This document shows, piece by piece, positions 53,160 to 63,613 of a DNA stretch of 64,000 nt (its first letter is position 1; each line of letters opens with the position of its first letter). The notes beneath the pieces are model-generated. The model worked only from the letters and a program-made list of their open reading frames with translations, did not search any database and was not told the origin of the DNA. Origin of the DNA: Burkholderiales bacterium (lineage in GTDB: Bacteria > Pseudomonadota > Gammaproteobacteria > Burkholderiales > SG8-39); contig DATBQR010000121.1 of the NCBI GenBank assembly GCA_036560705.1, positions 60,613 to 124,612 of the forward strand, in the 5' to 3' direction. The position numbers and the translations under genes are program-made.

Positions 53160-53749
53160 GCGGCTTCTCCCCGCTGCTTGCGCAACTCCGCCGCGAGCAG
53201 TTCTTCGTCCGTCGGGCCTTCGTCCTTCTCGGCCGGGTCCGGGATCATTCCGAGCAGGAACGCGACACGCTTGATCAGTTCGGAGAAGCCCTGCAACACC
53301 AGCAGCAGGAAGCCTGCCGGAAGCATCAGGCGCCCTGGCCAGACCGTGAGGCCGCCAGCGTTGGTCGAAACCTCACCGCTCTTGTACGCGTCCACGAAAA
53401 CCGGCCACGAGAGCCACATGATGAGAATTGCCATCGGCAGCAGGAAAAATACGGTGCCGAGAATGTCGATCCAGGCCTTGGCCCGGCCTGACAGATGTCC
53501 CGTCAGGATGTCGATCCGGACGTGCTGGTTGTGCAGCAGGGTATAGGCGGCGCAGAACAGGAATACAAAGGAAAACAAGTACCACTGGATTTCCAGCCAG
53601 GAATTCGAGCTCTTGTTGAGCGCGTAGCGCACGATCGCGTTGCCGGTGCTGATCAGCACCGCCGCAAGGATCAACCAATAACTGAGCTTGCCGACTTGCT
53701 CATTGAGCCAGTCGATAGCGCGGGACAGCCGCAGGCACAGCTTCATCAT
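53156..53749 (-). CDS. dctQ: TRAP transporter small permease (DctQ family)
   Basis: 197 aa, 4 TM helices. ATGA overlap with dctM. Confidence 0.8.
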   Translation of the reverse strand: MMKLCLRLSRAIDWLNEQVGKLSYWLILAAVLISTGNAIVRYALNKSSNSWLEIQWYLFSFVFLFCAAYTLLHNQHVRIDILTGHLSGRAKAWIDILGTVFFLLPMAILIMWLSWPVFVDAYKSGEVSTNAGGLTVWPGRLMLPAGFLLLVLQGFSELIKRVAFLLGMIPDPAEKDEGPTDEELLAAELRKQRGEAA

Positions 53750-53789
53750 CGCAACCCCTCCTTTGCGAGTTCGGGAACCACGGGTCGAA

Positions 53790-54335
53790 TCAGGCGGACG
53801 TCAGGCTACCGCCGGTGCTGCCGACGCCCGCCTGCGCGCGCATCTGCAGCGCGCGCCGCTGCACCTCCTCGTGCAGCCTCGGTTTGAAGCCGAGGGCGAA
53901 GAATACCTCAGCGGCGAGGAAAATCGGCGCCACGAAGATCTGGAACAGGTTGTCCACCAGAGCCGGCTTGCGGCCCTCGTAGGCATGGCCCCAGAGCTGC
54001 AGCGCCCAGCCGCCGACGAACAGGATCGGGAACCAGGTCAGGCCGATGAACAGCGGGGCCTGCGACAGCGGTTCCGCGCCCCGGAGCATCAGCGCGAACA
54101 CGGCGCCCATCGCCAGGCCAAGCGGGACGTCGAGCATCAGGTAATAGAGAAGCAGCGCGGAAGTGACGATCAACGCGCCGCTCACGGAAGCGCCGCCGAC
54201 ATCGGTGCGCAGCCAGCCGAGCGGGATCATCAGCGAAAAAACGATCAGCGGCACGCCGACGAAGTGCGTCGCCTTGTTGCGCGCGTCCTGATGGTAGGCG
54301 GCGTAGAAGGACATCTGGTCTTCGAGCGTCTTCAC
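53790..54335 (-). CDS. DUF962 (Mpo1/YGL010w-like) membrane protein
   Basis: FYAAYHQDARNKATHFVGVP...GHAYEGRKPA motifs as I recall them for DUF962. Confidence 0.6.
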   Translation of the reverse strand: MKTLEDQMSFYAAYHQDARNKATHFVGVPLIVFSLMIPLGWLRTDVGGASVSGALIVTSALLLYYLMLDVPLGLAMGAVFALMLRGAEPLSQAPLFIGLTWFPILFVGGWALQLWGHAYEGRKPALVDNLFQIFVAPIFLAAEVFFALGFKPRLHEEVQRRALQMRAQAGVGSTGGSLTSA

Positions 54336-54417
54336 CGGTCTCCTCCGAGTGAATGGGCAAGTTCAAGCGCAAGCGGCCGAGTGAAAGCCGCTATAATTCA
54401 ACATTTTACACGCACGA

Positions 54418-55365
54418 ATGCAGGTCACGCACGGGACAATCAAGCCGGGGGGAAGCCGCAGTGGATTTGCCTCCGGCACGGGGCTCACCATCGGCAATTT
54501 CGACGGCGTGCACCGCGGTCACCGCGCCATGCTGGACAGGCTGGCCGCGAAGGCGCGCGAGTTGAGGCTACCTTGCAGCGTCCTGACGTTCGAGCCGCAC
54601 CCGCGGGAGTTTTTTTCGCCGTCCGCGGCGCCGGCCCGCCTGTCGCGGCTGCGCGAGAAGCTCGAGCTGATCGCGGAGGCGGGGATCGACAGGACGCACG
54701 TGCTGCGTTTTGGTGCGCGGCTTGCCGCGCTGGCGGCAGACCGGTTCATCGAAGACGTACTGGTGCGGGGTTTGGGGGTGCGCTGGCTGCTGGTCGGCAG
54801 GGATTTCCGCTTCGGCGCGAAACGCTCCGGCGATTTCGCGCTGCTCGAGTCGTGCGCGGCGCGGCTGGGATTCGCGCTGGAGGCGATGCCGGAAGTCATG
54901 AACGCCGGGGAGCGCGTGTCGAGTTCCGGCGTGCGCGCGGCGCTGGCGGCGGGCGACCTGGCGGCCGCGGCGCGGCTGCTCGGGCGCGAGTACACGATGA
55001 GCGGGCGCGTGGCGCATGGCGAGAAGCTCGGCCGCGCGCTCGGTTTCCCGACCGCGAACATCGTGCTGCGGCGCCGGCCGCCGCTGGCGGGAATTTTTAC
55101 CGTCACGGCGGAGCTGGAGGAGACGCATGCGGTATTGCGGGGCGTCGCCAGCGTGGGCAGGCGGCCGACCGTCAGGGAAAACGCGCCGCCGCTTCTGGAA
55201 GTGCATTTGTTCGACTGGAACGGCGACCTTTACGGGCGCCACCTGCGGGTGAAATTCCTGCAGAAGATCCGGGACGAGGAGAAGTACGGTGGATTGGACG
55301 CTTTGCGCTCCGCGATAGCGCGGGACGTGCAGCAGGCCCAGGACTATTTCAGGAAAAATGGCTGA
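54418..55365 (+). CDS. ribF: bifunctional riboflavin kinase / FMN adenylyltransferase
   Basis: [13 protein letters not shown] and the C-terminal kinase motifs GFPTAN and [15 protein letters not shown] at 54392-54397 may be its -10. Confidence 0.93.
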   Translation: MQVTHGTIKPGGSRSGFASGTGLTIGNFDGVHRGHRAMLDRLAAKARELRLPCSVLTFEPHPREFFSPSAAPARLSRLREKLELIAEAGIDRTHVLRFGARLAALAADRFIEDVLVRGLGVRWLLVGRDFRFGAKRSGDFALLESCAARLGFALEAMPEVMNAGERVSSSGVRAALAAGDLAAAARLLGREYTMSGRVAHGEKLGRALGFPTANIVLRRRPPLAGIFTVTAELEETHAVLRGVASVGRRPTVRENAPPLLEVHLFDWNGDLYGRHLRVKFLQKIRDEEKYGGLDALRSAIARDVQQAQDYFRKNG

Positions 55366-58225
55366 CTACAAAAGCACGCTGAACCTGCCCGACACGCCGT
55401 TCCCGATGCGGGGCGATCTCGCCAAGCGCGAGCCGCTGTGGGTGAAGGAATGGAACGAGCAGGGCGTCTACCGGCGCCTGCGCGCCGCGGCGAAAGGTCG
55501 GCCGCGCTTCGTGCTGCACGACGGGCCGCCCTATGCCAACGGCGACATCCACATCGGCCACGCGGTGAACAAGATCCTCAAGGACGTGATCGTCAAGTCG
55601 AAGTCCATGGCCGGCTTCGACGCGCCCTACGTGCCGGGCTGGGATTGCCACGGCATGCCGATCGAGGTGCAGATCGAGAAGAAATACGGCAAGAACCTGC
55701 CCGCCGGGGAGACGCAGCGCCTGTGCCGCGCCTACGCCACCGAGCAGATCGCCCGGCAGAAGCTCGACTTCCAGCGCCTCGGCATTCTCGGCGACTGGGA
55801 CAACCCCTACCTGACGATGGCCTACGGCAACGAAGCCGACGAGATCCGCGGCCTGGGAACGCTGCTGAAGAAGGGCTACATCTTCCGCGGCCTGAAGCCG
55901 GTCAACTGGTGCTTCGACTGCGGCTCCGCGCTTGCCGAGGCGGAGATCGAATACGAGGACCGGAAAGATCCCGCCGTCGACGTGGGTTTCGAATTCGTCG
56001 AACGGGAAAAAATCGCCGCGGCTTTCGGGCTGCGCAGCCTGCCGGACAAGAAGGGATACATCGTCATCTGGACGACGACGCCCTGGACGCTGCCGGCCAA
56101 CCAGGCCCTCAACGTGCACCCGGATTTCGATTACGCGCTGATCGACACCGACCGCGGCCTGCTGATCGTCGCCGATGCGATGCTCCTGGCCGGGGAAATC
56201 CCCGAGGCGACCGAAGAAGAATTCGATGCGCTCGCCATGCCCAGGCTGCTGGCGAAGTACGGCATCAAGTCCTGGCGGCTGATCGGCAAGGCCAAGGGCC
56301 GCGCGCTGGAAGGGCTGCGCTTCAAGCACCCGTTCTACGACCGCACTTCGCCCGTCTACCTGGGCGAATACGTGACGCTGGACGCCGGCACGGGCATCGT
56401 CCATTCGGCGCCGGCCTACGGCGTGGAGGACTTCGACTCCTGCCGCCGCTACGGCATGAAGGACGAGGAAATCCTCGTCCCGGTGATGGGCGACGGCAAA
56501 TACGCCGCCTCGCTGCCGCTGTTCGGCGGACTGATGATCTGGGACGCCAATCCGAAAATCGTCAAGACGATGGAGCAGAACGGCGTCCTGTTCGCGGTGG
56601 ACTGGAAGCACGTCCACAGCTACATGCATTGCTGGCGGCACAAGACGCCGGTGATCCTGCGCGCCACCGTCCAGTGGTTCGCCGGCATGGACGAGGTGCC
56701 CGGCTACAACGGGCCGGAAGGATTGACCCGGCCCGCCGAAACTCTGCGCGCGACGGCGCTGCGCGGCATCGAGGCCACCGAGTTCTTCCCGGACTGGGGC
56801 AAGGCGCGGCTGCACGGCCTGATCGCCAACCGCCCCGACTGGACGCTGTCGCGCGCCCGGCAGTGGGGCGTGCCGATGCCGTTCTTCGTGCACAAGGAAA
56901 CCGGCGCGCTGCACCCGCGCACGCTCGAATTGATCGAGGAGGTCGCCCGGCGCGTCCAGCAGGGCGGCATCGAAACCTGGCAGACCGTCGCCACCGAGGA
57001 ATTCCTCGGCGCCGACGCGGCGCACTACGAGAAGGTGAAGGACACCATCGACGTCTGGTTCGATTCCGGCTCCACGCACCAGACGGTGCTGAAGGGATCG
57101 CACGCCGGCGAAAGCGCCTTTCCGGCCGACTTGTACCTGGAAGGCTCGGACCAGCACCGCGGCTGGTTCCATTCGTCGCTGCTGGTGTCCTGCATGATGA
57201 ACGGGGTGCCGCCGTACAAGGCGATTCTCACGCACGGCTTCGTCATCGACATGGACGGCCGCAAGATGTCGAAGTCGAAGGGCACGGGCATGGCGCCGCA
57301 GCAGGTCGCCGGCACGCTGGGCGCGGAGATCCTGCGCCTCTGGGTGGCGAGCGGCGACTACTCGGGCGAGCTGACCATTTCGAACGAAATTTTGAAGCGC
57401 GTGGTCGAGAGCTACCGGCGCGTGCGCAACACGCTGCGTTTCCTGCTCGCCAACACTTCCGATTTCGATCCGGTGCTGCATGCGGTGCCGGTGGCGGAAA
57501 TGACCGAAATCGACCGCTACGCGCTGGCGCTGACCGCGCGCATGCAGGCGGGCATGACCGAGGACTACAAGGCCTACCAGTTCCACCTCGTGGTGCAGAA
57601 GCTGCAGGCCTTCTGCTCGGAAGACCTCGGGTCGTTCTACCTCGACATCCTCAAGGACCGGCTCTACACCACCGGCGCCGCCTCGCGCGCCCGCCGTTCC
57701 GCGCAGACCGCCCTCTGGCACATCGGGCAGAGCCTGCTGCGCCTGATGGCGCCGATCCTCAGTTTCACCGCTGAAGAGGCGTGGCAGACCCTCGCCGGCA
57801 ATGCCGGTAAGAGCGTGTTCGAGGAAACCTGGCATCAGCTGCCGGGCTCCGGGCTGGACCAGGTCATGCTGGATCACTGGGAGAACGTCCGCAGGTTTCG
57901 CGAGACCGTGGCCAAGAAGATCGAGGAGCGGCGCGCGCAGAAGGAGCTGGGCTCGCCGTTGCAGGCGGAACTGGACATCCAGGCGCACGGTCCAAGCTAC
58001 GAATCGCTGGCGCGCCTCGGCGACGAGCTGCGGTTCGTGCTGATCACCTCGCGCGCGGACGTCCGCGAGGCGAAGGGATCTCCCGTTCAAATCAAGGTCA
58101 AGGCAAGTGAACATCCGAAGTGCGAACGCTGCTGGCACTACCGCGCCGATGTCGGCGAGGCTGGGCTGTGCGGCCGCTGCGAGAGCAACCTGCACGGCAG
58201 CGGCGAACCGCGGCGCCATGCCTAG
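55358..58225 (+). CDS. ileS: isoleucine--tRNA ligase
   Basis: [12 protein letters not shown] (HIGH), KMSKS, and a C-terminal Zn-finger CERCWHY...CGRC. 955 aa. Confidence 0.97.
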   Translation: MADYKSTLNLPDTPFPMRGDLAKREPLWVKEWNEQGVYRRLRAAAKGRPRFVLHDGPPYANGDIHIGHAVNKILKDVIVKSKSMAGFDAPYVPGWDCHGMPIEVQIEKKYGKNLPAGETQRLCRAYATEQIARQKLDFQRLGILGDWDNPYLTMAYGNEADEIRGLGTLLKKGYIFRGLKPVNWCFDCGSALAEAEIEYEDRKDPAVDVGFEFVEREKIAAAFGLRSLPDKKGYIVIWTTTPWTLPANQALNVHPDFDYALIDTDRGLLIVADAMLLAGEIPEATEEEFDALAMPRLLAKYGIKSWRLIGKAKGRALEGLRFKHPFYDRTSPVYLGEYVTLDAGTGIVHSAPAYGVEDFDSCRRYGMKDEEILVPVMGDGKYAASLPLFGGLMIWDANPKIVKTMEQNGVLFAVDWKHVHSYMHCWRHKTPVILRATVQWFAGMDEVPGYNGPEGLTRPAETLRATALRGIEATEFFPDWGKARLHGLIANRPDWTLSRARQWGVPMPFFVHKETGALHPRTLELIEEVARRVQQGGIETWQTVATEEFLGADAAHYEKVKDTIDVWFDSGSTHQTVLKGSHAGESAFPADLYLEGSDQHRGWFHSSLLVSCMMNGVPPYKAILTHGFVIDMDGRKMSKSKGTGMAPQQVAGTLGAEILRLWVASGDYSGELTISNEILKRVVESYRRVRNTLRFLLANTSDFDPVLHAVPVAEMTEIDRYALALTARMQAGMTEDYKAYQFHLVVQKLQAFCSEDLGSFYLDILKDRLYTTGAASRARRSAQTALWHIGQSLLRLMAPILSFTAEEAWQTLAGNAGKSVFEETWHQLPGSGLDQVMLDHWENVRRFRETVAKKIEERRAQKELGSPLQAELDIQAHGPSYESLARLGDELRFVLITSRADVREAKGSPVQIKVKASEHPKCERCWHYRADVGEAGLCGRCESNLHGSGEPRRHA

Positions 58226-58715
58226 GCGGCCCCGGGTTGCGCGCTGGTTCGGCCTGGCGGCCCTGGCGGTCGTCCTGGACTATCTGACGAAGGCCGCCGT
58301 GCTCGCCTCGTTCGCTCCCGGCGAGAGCCGCGCGCTGGCGCCGTTCTTCAACCTCGTGCTGGTATTCAACAAGGGCGCGGCGTTCAGCTTCCTCGCCTCG
58401 GCGCAGGGCTGGCAGACGCTGTTCTTCGCGGCGATCGCCGTCGCGGCTTCCGTCGTCGTAAGTTTTCTGATTTTCAGGAACCCCGATAAAAAACTGTTTT
58501 GCGGCGGCCTCGCGCTCATCCTCGGCGGCGCGCTCGGCAACCTGTACGACCGCGTCGCCTACGGCCACGTCGTCGACTTCCTCGACTTCCACGCCATGGG
58601 CTGGCACTTTCCGGCCTTCAACGTTGCGGATTCCGCGATCACCGTCGGCGCCGGGGTCCTGATCCTGGAGAGTTTCCTGCACCGCGAACCGGAGAGCCGT
58701 GAAAAAGGCGCCTGA
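58218..58715 (+). CDS. lspA: lipoprotein signal peptidase II
   Basis: Internal ATG overlapping the ileS 3' end. NKGAAFSFL and [11 protein letters not shown] motifs. Confidence 0.92.
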   Translation: MPRRPRVARWFGLAALAVVLDYLTKAAVLASFAPGESRALAPFFNLVLVFNKGAAFSFLASAQGWQTLFFAAIAVAASVVVSFLIFRNPDKKLFCGGLALILGGALGNLYDRVAYGHVVDFLDFHAMGWHFPAFNVADSAITVGAGVLILESFLHREPESREKGA

Positions 58716-58716
58716 G

Positions 58717-59253
58717 ATGAACCTGGCGCTGCTGCTGAAGGCGCTGTCGTTCGCCGCCTACAAGCATCGCGACCAGCGGCGCAAGGACGCCGAGGCCTCG
58801 CCTTACATCAACCACCCGATCGCGCTGGCCGAGGTGCTCGCAGCGGAAGGCGGCGTTGGCGACATCGAGGTGCTCGCGGCGGCGCTGCTGCACGACACCA
58901 TCGAGGACACCGCGACCACCTTCGAGGAGCTGGTCGAGCATTTCGGCAGCCGCGTCGCCGCCATGGTCGGGGAGGTTACCGACGACCAGAAGCTGCCCAA
59001 GGCGGAGCGCAAGCGCCTGCAGATCGTGCACGCCGCTGGATTGAGCGCCGGCGCGAAGCTGGTCAAGCTGGCCGACAAGATCTGCAACCTGCGCGACGTG
59101 GCGGAGCGGCCGCCGGCGAAATGGGACCTGCAGCGCCGGCAGGAGTATTTCGAATGGGCGAAGCAGGTGATCGACGGGCTGCGCGGCGCGCCGGGGGAAT
59201 CGATGCGCGGGCTCGAGGCGGCGTTCGACGCCGCCTACGCACTCAAGCCCTGA
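58717..59253 (+). CDS. HD-domain hydrolase, Mesh1/SpoT-hydrolase-like (small alarmone hydrolase candidate)
   Basis: [12 protein letters not shown]...YINHPIALA...LLHDTIEDT...KLADKICNL gives the RelA/SpoT-type HD hydrolase motif set in a ~178 aa single-domain protein. Alternative GTG start at 58699. Confidence 0.65.
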   Translation: MNLALLLKALSFAAYKHRDQRRKDAEASPYINHPIALAEVLAAEGGVGDIEVLAAALLHDTIEDTATTFEELVEHFGSRVAAMVGEVTDDQKLPKAERKRLQIVHAAGLSAGAKLVKLADKICNLRDVAERPPAKWDLQRRQEYFEWAKQVIDGLRGAPGESMRGLEAAFDAAYALKP

Positions 59254-59272
59254 TGCGCGGATAATTGCCGTC

Positions 59273-60214
59273 ATGGATGTTCTGCTCGCCAACCCCCGCG
59301 GCTTCTGCGCCGGCGTCGAGCGCGCGATCGAGATCGTCGAGCGCGCGCTGCAGCAGCGCGGCGCGCCGATCTACGTGCGCCACGAGATCGTGCACAACAA
59401 GTACGTGGTCGAGGACCTGCGGAAGAAGGGGGCGGTGTTCGTCGAGGAGCTGGACGAGGTGCCGCGCGGCAGCACGGTGATCTTCTCCGCGCACGGCGTC
59501 TCCAGGGAGATCCGCCGCGACGCCGACGCGCGCGGCCTGAAGGTGTTCGACGCCACCTGCCCGCTGGTGACCAAGGTGCACGTCGAAGTGTCGAAGATGC
59601 TGCGCGAGGGCTACGAGATCGTGATGATCGGGCACCGGGGCCATCCCGAGTCCGAGGGCACCATGGGCCAGTCGGACGGCGGCATGCACCTGGTCGAAAC
59701 CGTGGACGACGTGGCGCGGCTCGCGGTGGCAAATCCGGAAAGGCTGGCTTATGTCACGCAGACCACGCTCTCGGTGGACGACGCGGCGCTGATCGTCGCC
59801 GCGCTGCGGGCGCGCTTCCCGTCGATCCGCGGGCCGAAGCGGGACGACATCTGCTACGCCACCCAGAACCGCCAGGATGCGGTCAAGTTCATGGCGCCGC
59901 GCTGCGACGTGGTGATCGTGGTGGGCTCGCCGAACAGTTCAAATTCGAACAGGTTGCGCGAGGTGGCGCAGAACATGGGCGTCGACGCCTACATGGTGGA
60001 CAGCGCCGCCGGGCTCAGGCCGGAGTGGATCGCCGGCAAGCCGCGCGTCGGCGTTACCGCGGGCGCATCGGCGCCGGAAGTGCTGGTGAACGAGCTGATC
60101 GAGCGGCTGCTGGAGCTGGGTGCAAAAAGCGTGCGGCCGCTGGAAGGTATCGCCGAGCACGTCGTGTTTACCCTGCCGCGCGAACTGGCGCGGCAACAAG
60201 GGGTTCCCGACTAG
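59273..60214 (+). CDS. ispH: 4-hydroxy-3-methylbut-2-enyl diphosphate reductase
   Basis: [22 protein letters not shown] and SSNSNRL motifs with the three cluster cysteines. Confidence 0.95.
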   Translation: MDVLLANPRGFCAGVERAIEIVERALQQRGAPIYVRHEIVHNKYVVEDLRKKGAVFVEELDEVPRGSTVIFSAHGVSREIRRDADARGLKVFDATCPLVTKVHVEVSKMLREGYEIVMIGHRGHPESEGTMGQSDGGMHLVETVDDVARLAVANPERLAYVTQTTLSVDDAALIVAALRARFPSIRGPKRDDICYATQNRQDAVKFMAPRCDVVIVVGSPNSSNSNRLREVAQNMGVDAYMVDSAAGLRPEWIAGKPRVGVTAGASAPEVLVNELIERLLELGAKSVRPLEGIAEHVVFTLPRELARQQGVPD

Positions 60215-60252
60215 GAAGGAAGGGGGATTTGCCAAGAGCCCGCGGCGGGCTT

Positions 60253-60921
60253 CTATCGGTGCAATTCCCGGCCGTCCTGGTAGATCACCTCGATTCTCAT
60301 CACCGTGCCGACGGCCCGTCCGTCGCGTTCGCCTGGGACGAAGGTCAGGCGCTTGAACCCATCCACTGCCGCCTGGATGAACAGGTCCGGCAGGTTGCTC
60401 GATTCGACCTCCACCCTGGCGACGCTGCCCCGGTTGCTGATCCAGATTTTCAGGACCAGCTTCCCCGACGCGACGATCGGCTTGATCTCGGAGGGGTCGA
60501 GGTCCGCGGGCGCCGTCGGCTGCGGCCGTTTGCTGAGCTGGTCGGTGGTGTAGTAGTCCTGCCCGGGGAGCGGCAGCAGACCGGCGCCGGACGCTCCCGG
60601 TTCTTCCGGCCGGGTCTGGCTGCCCGCATCAAGGGCGGTCGTAGACGAATTCGCAACGTTCTCGCCCTCGGCCGGAACAGGCCTGCCGGAAAAGCGGTGT
60701 GCGCCTTCCTTCAGGACCAGGGTGGCGTTGACGAAATAGGGCCCCGCCTGCTCTCCCTTGATGGCCGTCCGGTACTCCTGCTGCCGCGCGCCGAGCATCG
60801 GCAGGAACAGCAGCGTGGCGTGGGCGAGGCATGACAGCGCAAGCGCGGCGATCAGCCGCGAATCCTCGCCGGCTCTGCCCGTCGCCCAAAGCTGCCGGAG
60901 TGGTGAGAATCGACCATTCAT
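60253..60921 (-). CDS. TonB C-terminal-domain protein (energy-transducer-like)
   Basis: N-terminal TM helix (LIAALALSCLAHATLLFL), a Pro/Gly-rich linker, and a C-terminal KIWISNRGSVARVEVESS...AAVDGFKRLTFVPGERDGRAV TonB_C-like domain. Confidence 0.5.
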   Translation of the reverse strand: MNGRFSPLRQLWATGRAGEDSRLIAALALSCLAHATLLFLPMLGARQQEYRTAIKGEQAGPYFVNATLVLKEGAHRFSGRPVPAEGENVANSSTTALDAGSQTRPEEPGASGAGLLPLPGQDYYTTDQLSKRPQPTAPADLDPSEIKPIVASGKLVLKIWISNRGSVARVEVESSNLPDLFIQAAVDGFKRLTFVPGERDGRAVGTVMRIEVIYQDGRELHR

Positions 60922-61031
60922 ACCGGAAATCGGACCGTATGTCGGCGGGGCTTTACCGTAGCCCCCGCAGGACTATTATCGCCCCTGGCCGCGCGCTCAA
61001 ACTTTACGCCATGTCCGGGAGGGGGTCGCAT

Positions 61032-61460
61032 TTGAAAACATCTCAGGGATTCTCGCTGATCGAACTGATGATCGTCGTCGTCATTGTCGCCATTCTGGCC
61101 GCGGTCGCGGTGCCCGCCTATACCGACTACGTCACCCGAGGGAAGATTACGGACGCGACTTCCAATCTTGCCACCTCGCGGACAAAATTGGAGCAGTTCT
61201 TCCAGGACAACCGCACCTACGCTGGCGGGCCCAATGGTGCGGTCGCCTGCAACGCCTCCGACACCAGCACCAGCAAGTATTTCGATTTCACCTGCACGGC
61301 GACCGCGACCACGTACACGCTGAACGCCGTCGGCAAGGCCAGCATGGCCGGCTTTACGTACGCGATAGATCAGAGCGGCGCGCAAAGCAGCACCATTACC
61401 GCGGCAGGATGGACCGGCAACGCGACGTGCTGGGTCACCAAGAAAGGCGGCGTGTGCTAG
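61032..61460 (+). CDS. pilE: type IV pilin (PilE-like minor pilin, COG4968-type)
   Basis: TTG 61032 (GGGAGGGGG 7 nt upstream) gives the classical leader MKTSQG|FSLIELMIVVVIVAILAAVAVPAY, followed by TDYVTRGKITDA...LEQFFQDNRTY. Confidence 0.85.
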   Translation: MKTSQGFSLIELMIVVVIVAILAAVAVPAYTDYVTRGKITDATSNLATSRTKLEQFFQDNRTYAGGPNGAVACNASDTSTSKYFDFTCTATATTYTLNAVGKASMAGFTYAIDQSGAQSSTITAAGWTGNATCWVTKKGGVC

Positions 61461-62056
61461 GTCGTCTGCGCCTGCAGCGGGGCGTTACCCTGATCGAGTT
61501 GGCCATCGGCATCGCCATCGTCGCGATTCTGACGGTACTGGCCCTGCCGAATTTCACCGCCTGGATGCAGAACAGCCAGATCCGCGTCGCCGCGGACGCG
61601 ATCCAGAACGGCATATCGATTGCGCGAGCGGAGGCGATCCGGCGCAATACCTCCGTGCGCTTTCAATTTACCGACACTGCCGACAACAGCTGCGCGATCT
61701 CCGTGACCGGGAAAAACTGGGTCGTCAGCCTGGACGATCCCAGCGGCGCCTGCGGCAGCGCGGCGTCGGATACGACGGCGCCGCGCCTGATCCAGATGCG
61801 CTCCGCATCGCAGGGGACGCCGAACGCGGTGGTGACGGCGGACCAGTCGGCCATCGTATTTACCGGCCTCGGGCGCGTGAACCCGGTTCCCGCCGCCAAC
61901 ATCACCATCAAGGTCACCAACCCGACCGGCGGAGCCTGCGCCGTGACTGGAACTCCCGGGCCGATACATTGCCTGTGGGTCATCGTTTCCACCGGCGGGC
62001 AGGTGCGCATGTGCGATCCCTTTTTTGCGCTCCCCGATCCGCAAGGATGCCTCTAG
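61454..62056 (+). CDS. fimT: GspH/FimT/FimU-family minor pilin
   Basis: GTG 61454 gives the leader MLGRLRLQRG|VTLIELAIGIAIVAIL, followed by ADAIQNGISIARAEAIRRN as in FimT/FimU. Confidence 0.8.
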   Translation: MLGRLRLQRGVTLIELAIGIAIVAILTVLALPNFTAWMQNSQIRVAADAIQNGISIARAEAIRRNTSVRFQFTDTADNSCAISVTGKNWVVSLDDPSGACGSAASDTTAPRLIQMRSASQGTPNAVVTADQSAIVFTGLGRVNPVPAANITIKVTNPTGGACAVTGTPGPIHCLWVIVSTGGQVRMCDPFFALPDPQGCL

Positions 62057-62057
62057 G

Positions 62058-62510
62058 ATGACATCGACCCGGGCGATGACGCGTTCGAAGGGGCAGGCCG
62101 GCTCGGTCCTGCTGGAAGCGCTGGTGGCGATCCTCATCTTCTCGATCGGCATCCTGGCCATCGTCGGCATGCAGACCACGGCGGTGAAGGCGGCCGGCGA
62201 CGCGAAATACCGCTCCGACGCCAGCCTGCTCGCGGGCGAACTGCTCGGCCAGATGTGGGTTTCGGACCGCATCGCGGCGAATCTGCAGACCAATTTCCAG
62301 GGCGGCGGCGGCACCGACGGCGCCGCTTACACCGCCTGGAAGGCCAACGTGACGGCCGCGCTGCCAGTGCCGGCGGCGAATCCGCCGCTCGTCACCGTCA
62401 ACACCGGGGTTACCCCGCCGATGGTGACGATCCAGGTGTTCTGGCTGCAGCCGAGCGAGCCGGCGGGCACCGCGGCCCACAATTACACCATCGTCGCGCA
62501 GATACAGTAG
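62058..62510 (+). CDS. pilV: type IV pilus minor pilin PilV
   Basis: Prepilin-like GQAG|SVLLEALVAILIFSIGILAIVGMQ, with a PilV-type N-terminus. Confidence 0.8.
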   Translation: MTSTRAMTRSKGQAGSVLLEALVAILIFSIGILAIVGMQTTAVKAAGDAKYRSDASLLAGELLGQMWVSDRIAANLQTNFQGGGGTDGAAYTAWKANVTAALPVPAANPPLVTVNTGVTPPMVTIQVFWLQPSEPAGTAAHNYTIVAQIQ

Positions 62511-62530
62511 AGGCCGGCGTGAATATTCCT

Positions 62531-63613
62531 ATGCTGCGTTCCCGGTTCCGGCGCTCTTCCGGCTTCAGCCTGGTGGAAATCATGGTCGGCATGGTGATCG
62601 GCATGTTCGGCATCATGATCATGCTGCAGGTATTCAGCCTGGCCGAGGGGCAGAAGCGCTCCACCACCAGCGGCGGCGACGCGCAGACCTCCGGGGCGAT
62701 CGCGCTGTTCGGCATACAGCGCGACATCCGCCAGGCGGGGCTCGGCCTCACCGACGTCAAGCTGATCGCCTGCAATCTGACCCTGCGCACCGGAGTGGTC
62801 CTGAACACGCTGGCGCCGGTGACCATCAACCATGCCAGCATTCCGGCGGGCGACGCCAACACCGATACGCTGCTCGTCGTCTACGGCAGTTCGAACGGTT
62901 CGCCGCAGGGCGACGGCATCACCTCGCAGTCGAGCCAGGCCGTCTACCTGGTGCAGACCCCGTCTTCGTTCACTTCCAGCCTCGTCTATGCCACCGCGGA
63001 CAAGGTGATCGCGGCGCCCCCGTCGCGCGCGTCGCCCTGCACCCTGACGCTGGATTGGGTGGTTCCTCCCGCCGCGGGTGCCAATACCGCCACCGCCGCG
63101 GTGAACACCGGCGTGACGAGCATGACCAACGGCACGTTGTTCAATGTTGGCCAGTCGCCCAAGGTGCTGGCGTATGCCGTGCGCAGCAGCAACCTGACCC
63201 AGTGCGATTACACCGTCAACGATTGCAGCGCCGCCGGATCGGTGAACGACAGCACGGTCTGGGTGCCGATCGCCAACAACATCGTCAGCCTCAGGGCGCG
63301 CTACGGGCGCGACACCAACTCGCCCATGGACGGCATCGCGGACGTCTGGGACCGGACCGCGATGGCGGCCATGTGCGATGTCGCCAAGGTCTCGGCCATA
63401 CAGCTCGCCCTGGTGGCGCGCAGCGCCAACTTTGAAAAGACCGCGGTCACGGCCAGCACTGCCGCCGCCAACTATCCGACCTGGGAAGGCACGGCGTCGG
63501 CGTCGATCAACGTCACCGGTCTGACCAACTGGCAGAACTATCGCTACCGCGTGTTCCAGAGCACGGTGCCGATCCGCAACATGGCGTGGGCGGGAGCGCA
63601 ATCAGGATGCTGA
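62531..63613 (+). CDS. pilW: type IV pilus minor pilin PilW
   Basis: RRSSG|FSLVEIMVGMVIGMFGIMIMLQVF prepilin N-terminus. 360 aa. Position after pilV. Confidence 0.8.
   Translation: MLRSRFRRSSGFSLVEIMVGMVIGMFGIMIMLQVFSLAEGQKRSTTSGGDAQTSGAIALFGIQRDIRQAGLGLTDVKLIACNLTLRTGVVLNTLAPVTINHASIPAGDANTDTLLVVYGSSNGSPQGDGITSQSSQAVYLVQTPSSFTSSLVYATADKVIAAPPSRASPCTLTLDWVVPPAAGANTATAAVNTGVTSMTNGTLFNVGQSPKVLAYAVRSSNLTQCDYTVNDCSAAGSVNDSTVWVPIANNIVSLRARYGRDTNSPMDGIADVWDRTAMAAMCDVAKVSAIQLALVARSANFEKTAVTASTAAANYPTWEGTASASINVTGLTNWQNYRYRVFQSTVPIRNMAWAGAQSGC

Noticed and set aside
61011-61013. ATG 61011 (pilE-like) and ATG 61409 (fimT-like) as pilin starts.
   Set aside because: They give 13- and 25-residue leaders. 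TTG 61032 and GTG 61454 give canonical 6-10 residue type IVa prepilin leaders and have SD-like sequences at the proper spacing. I did not reject them with certainty.
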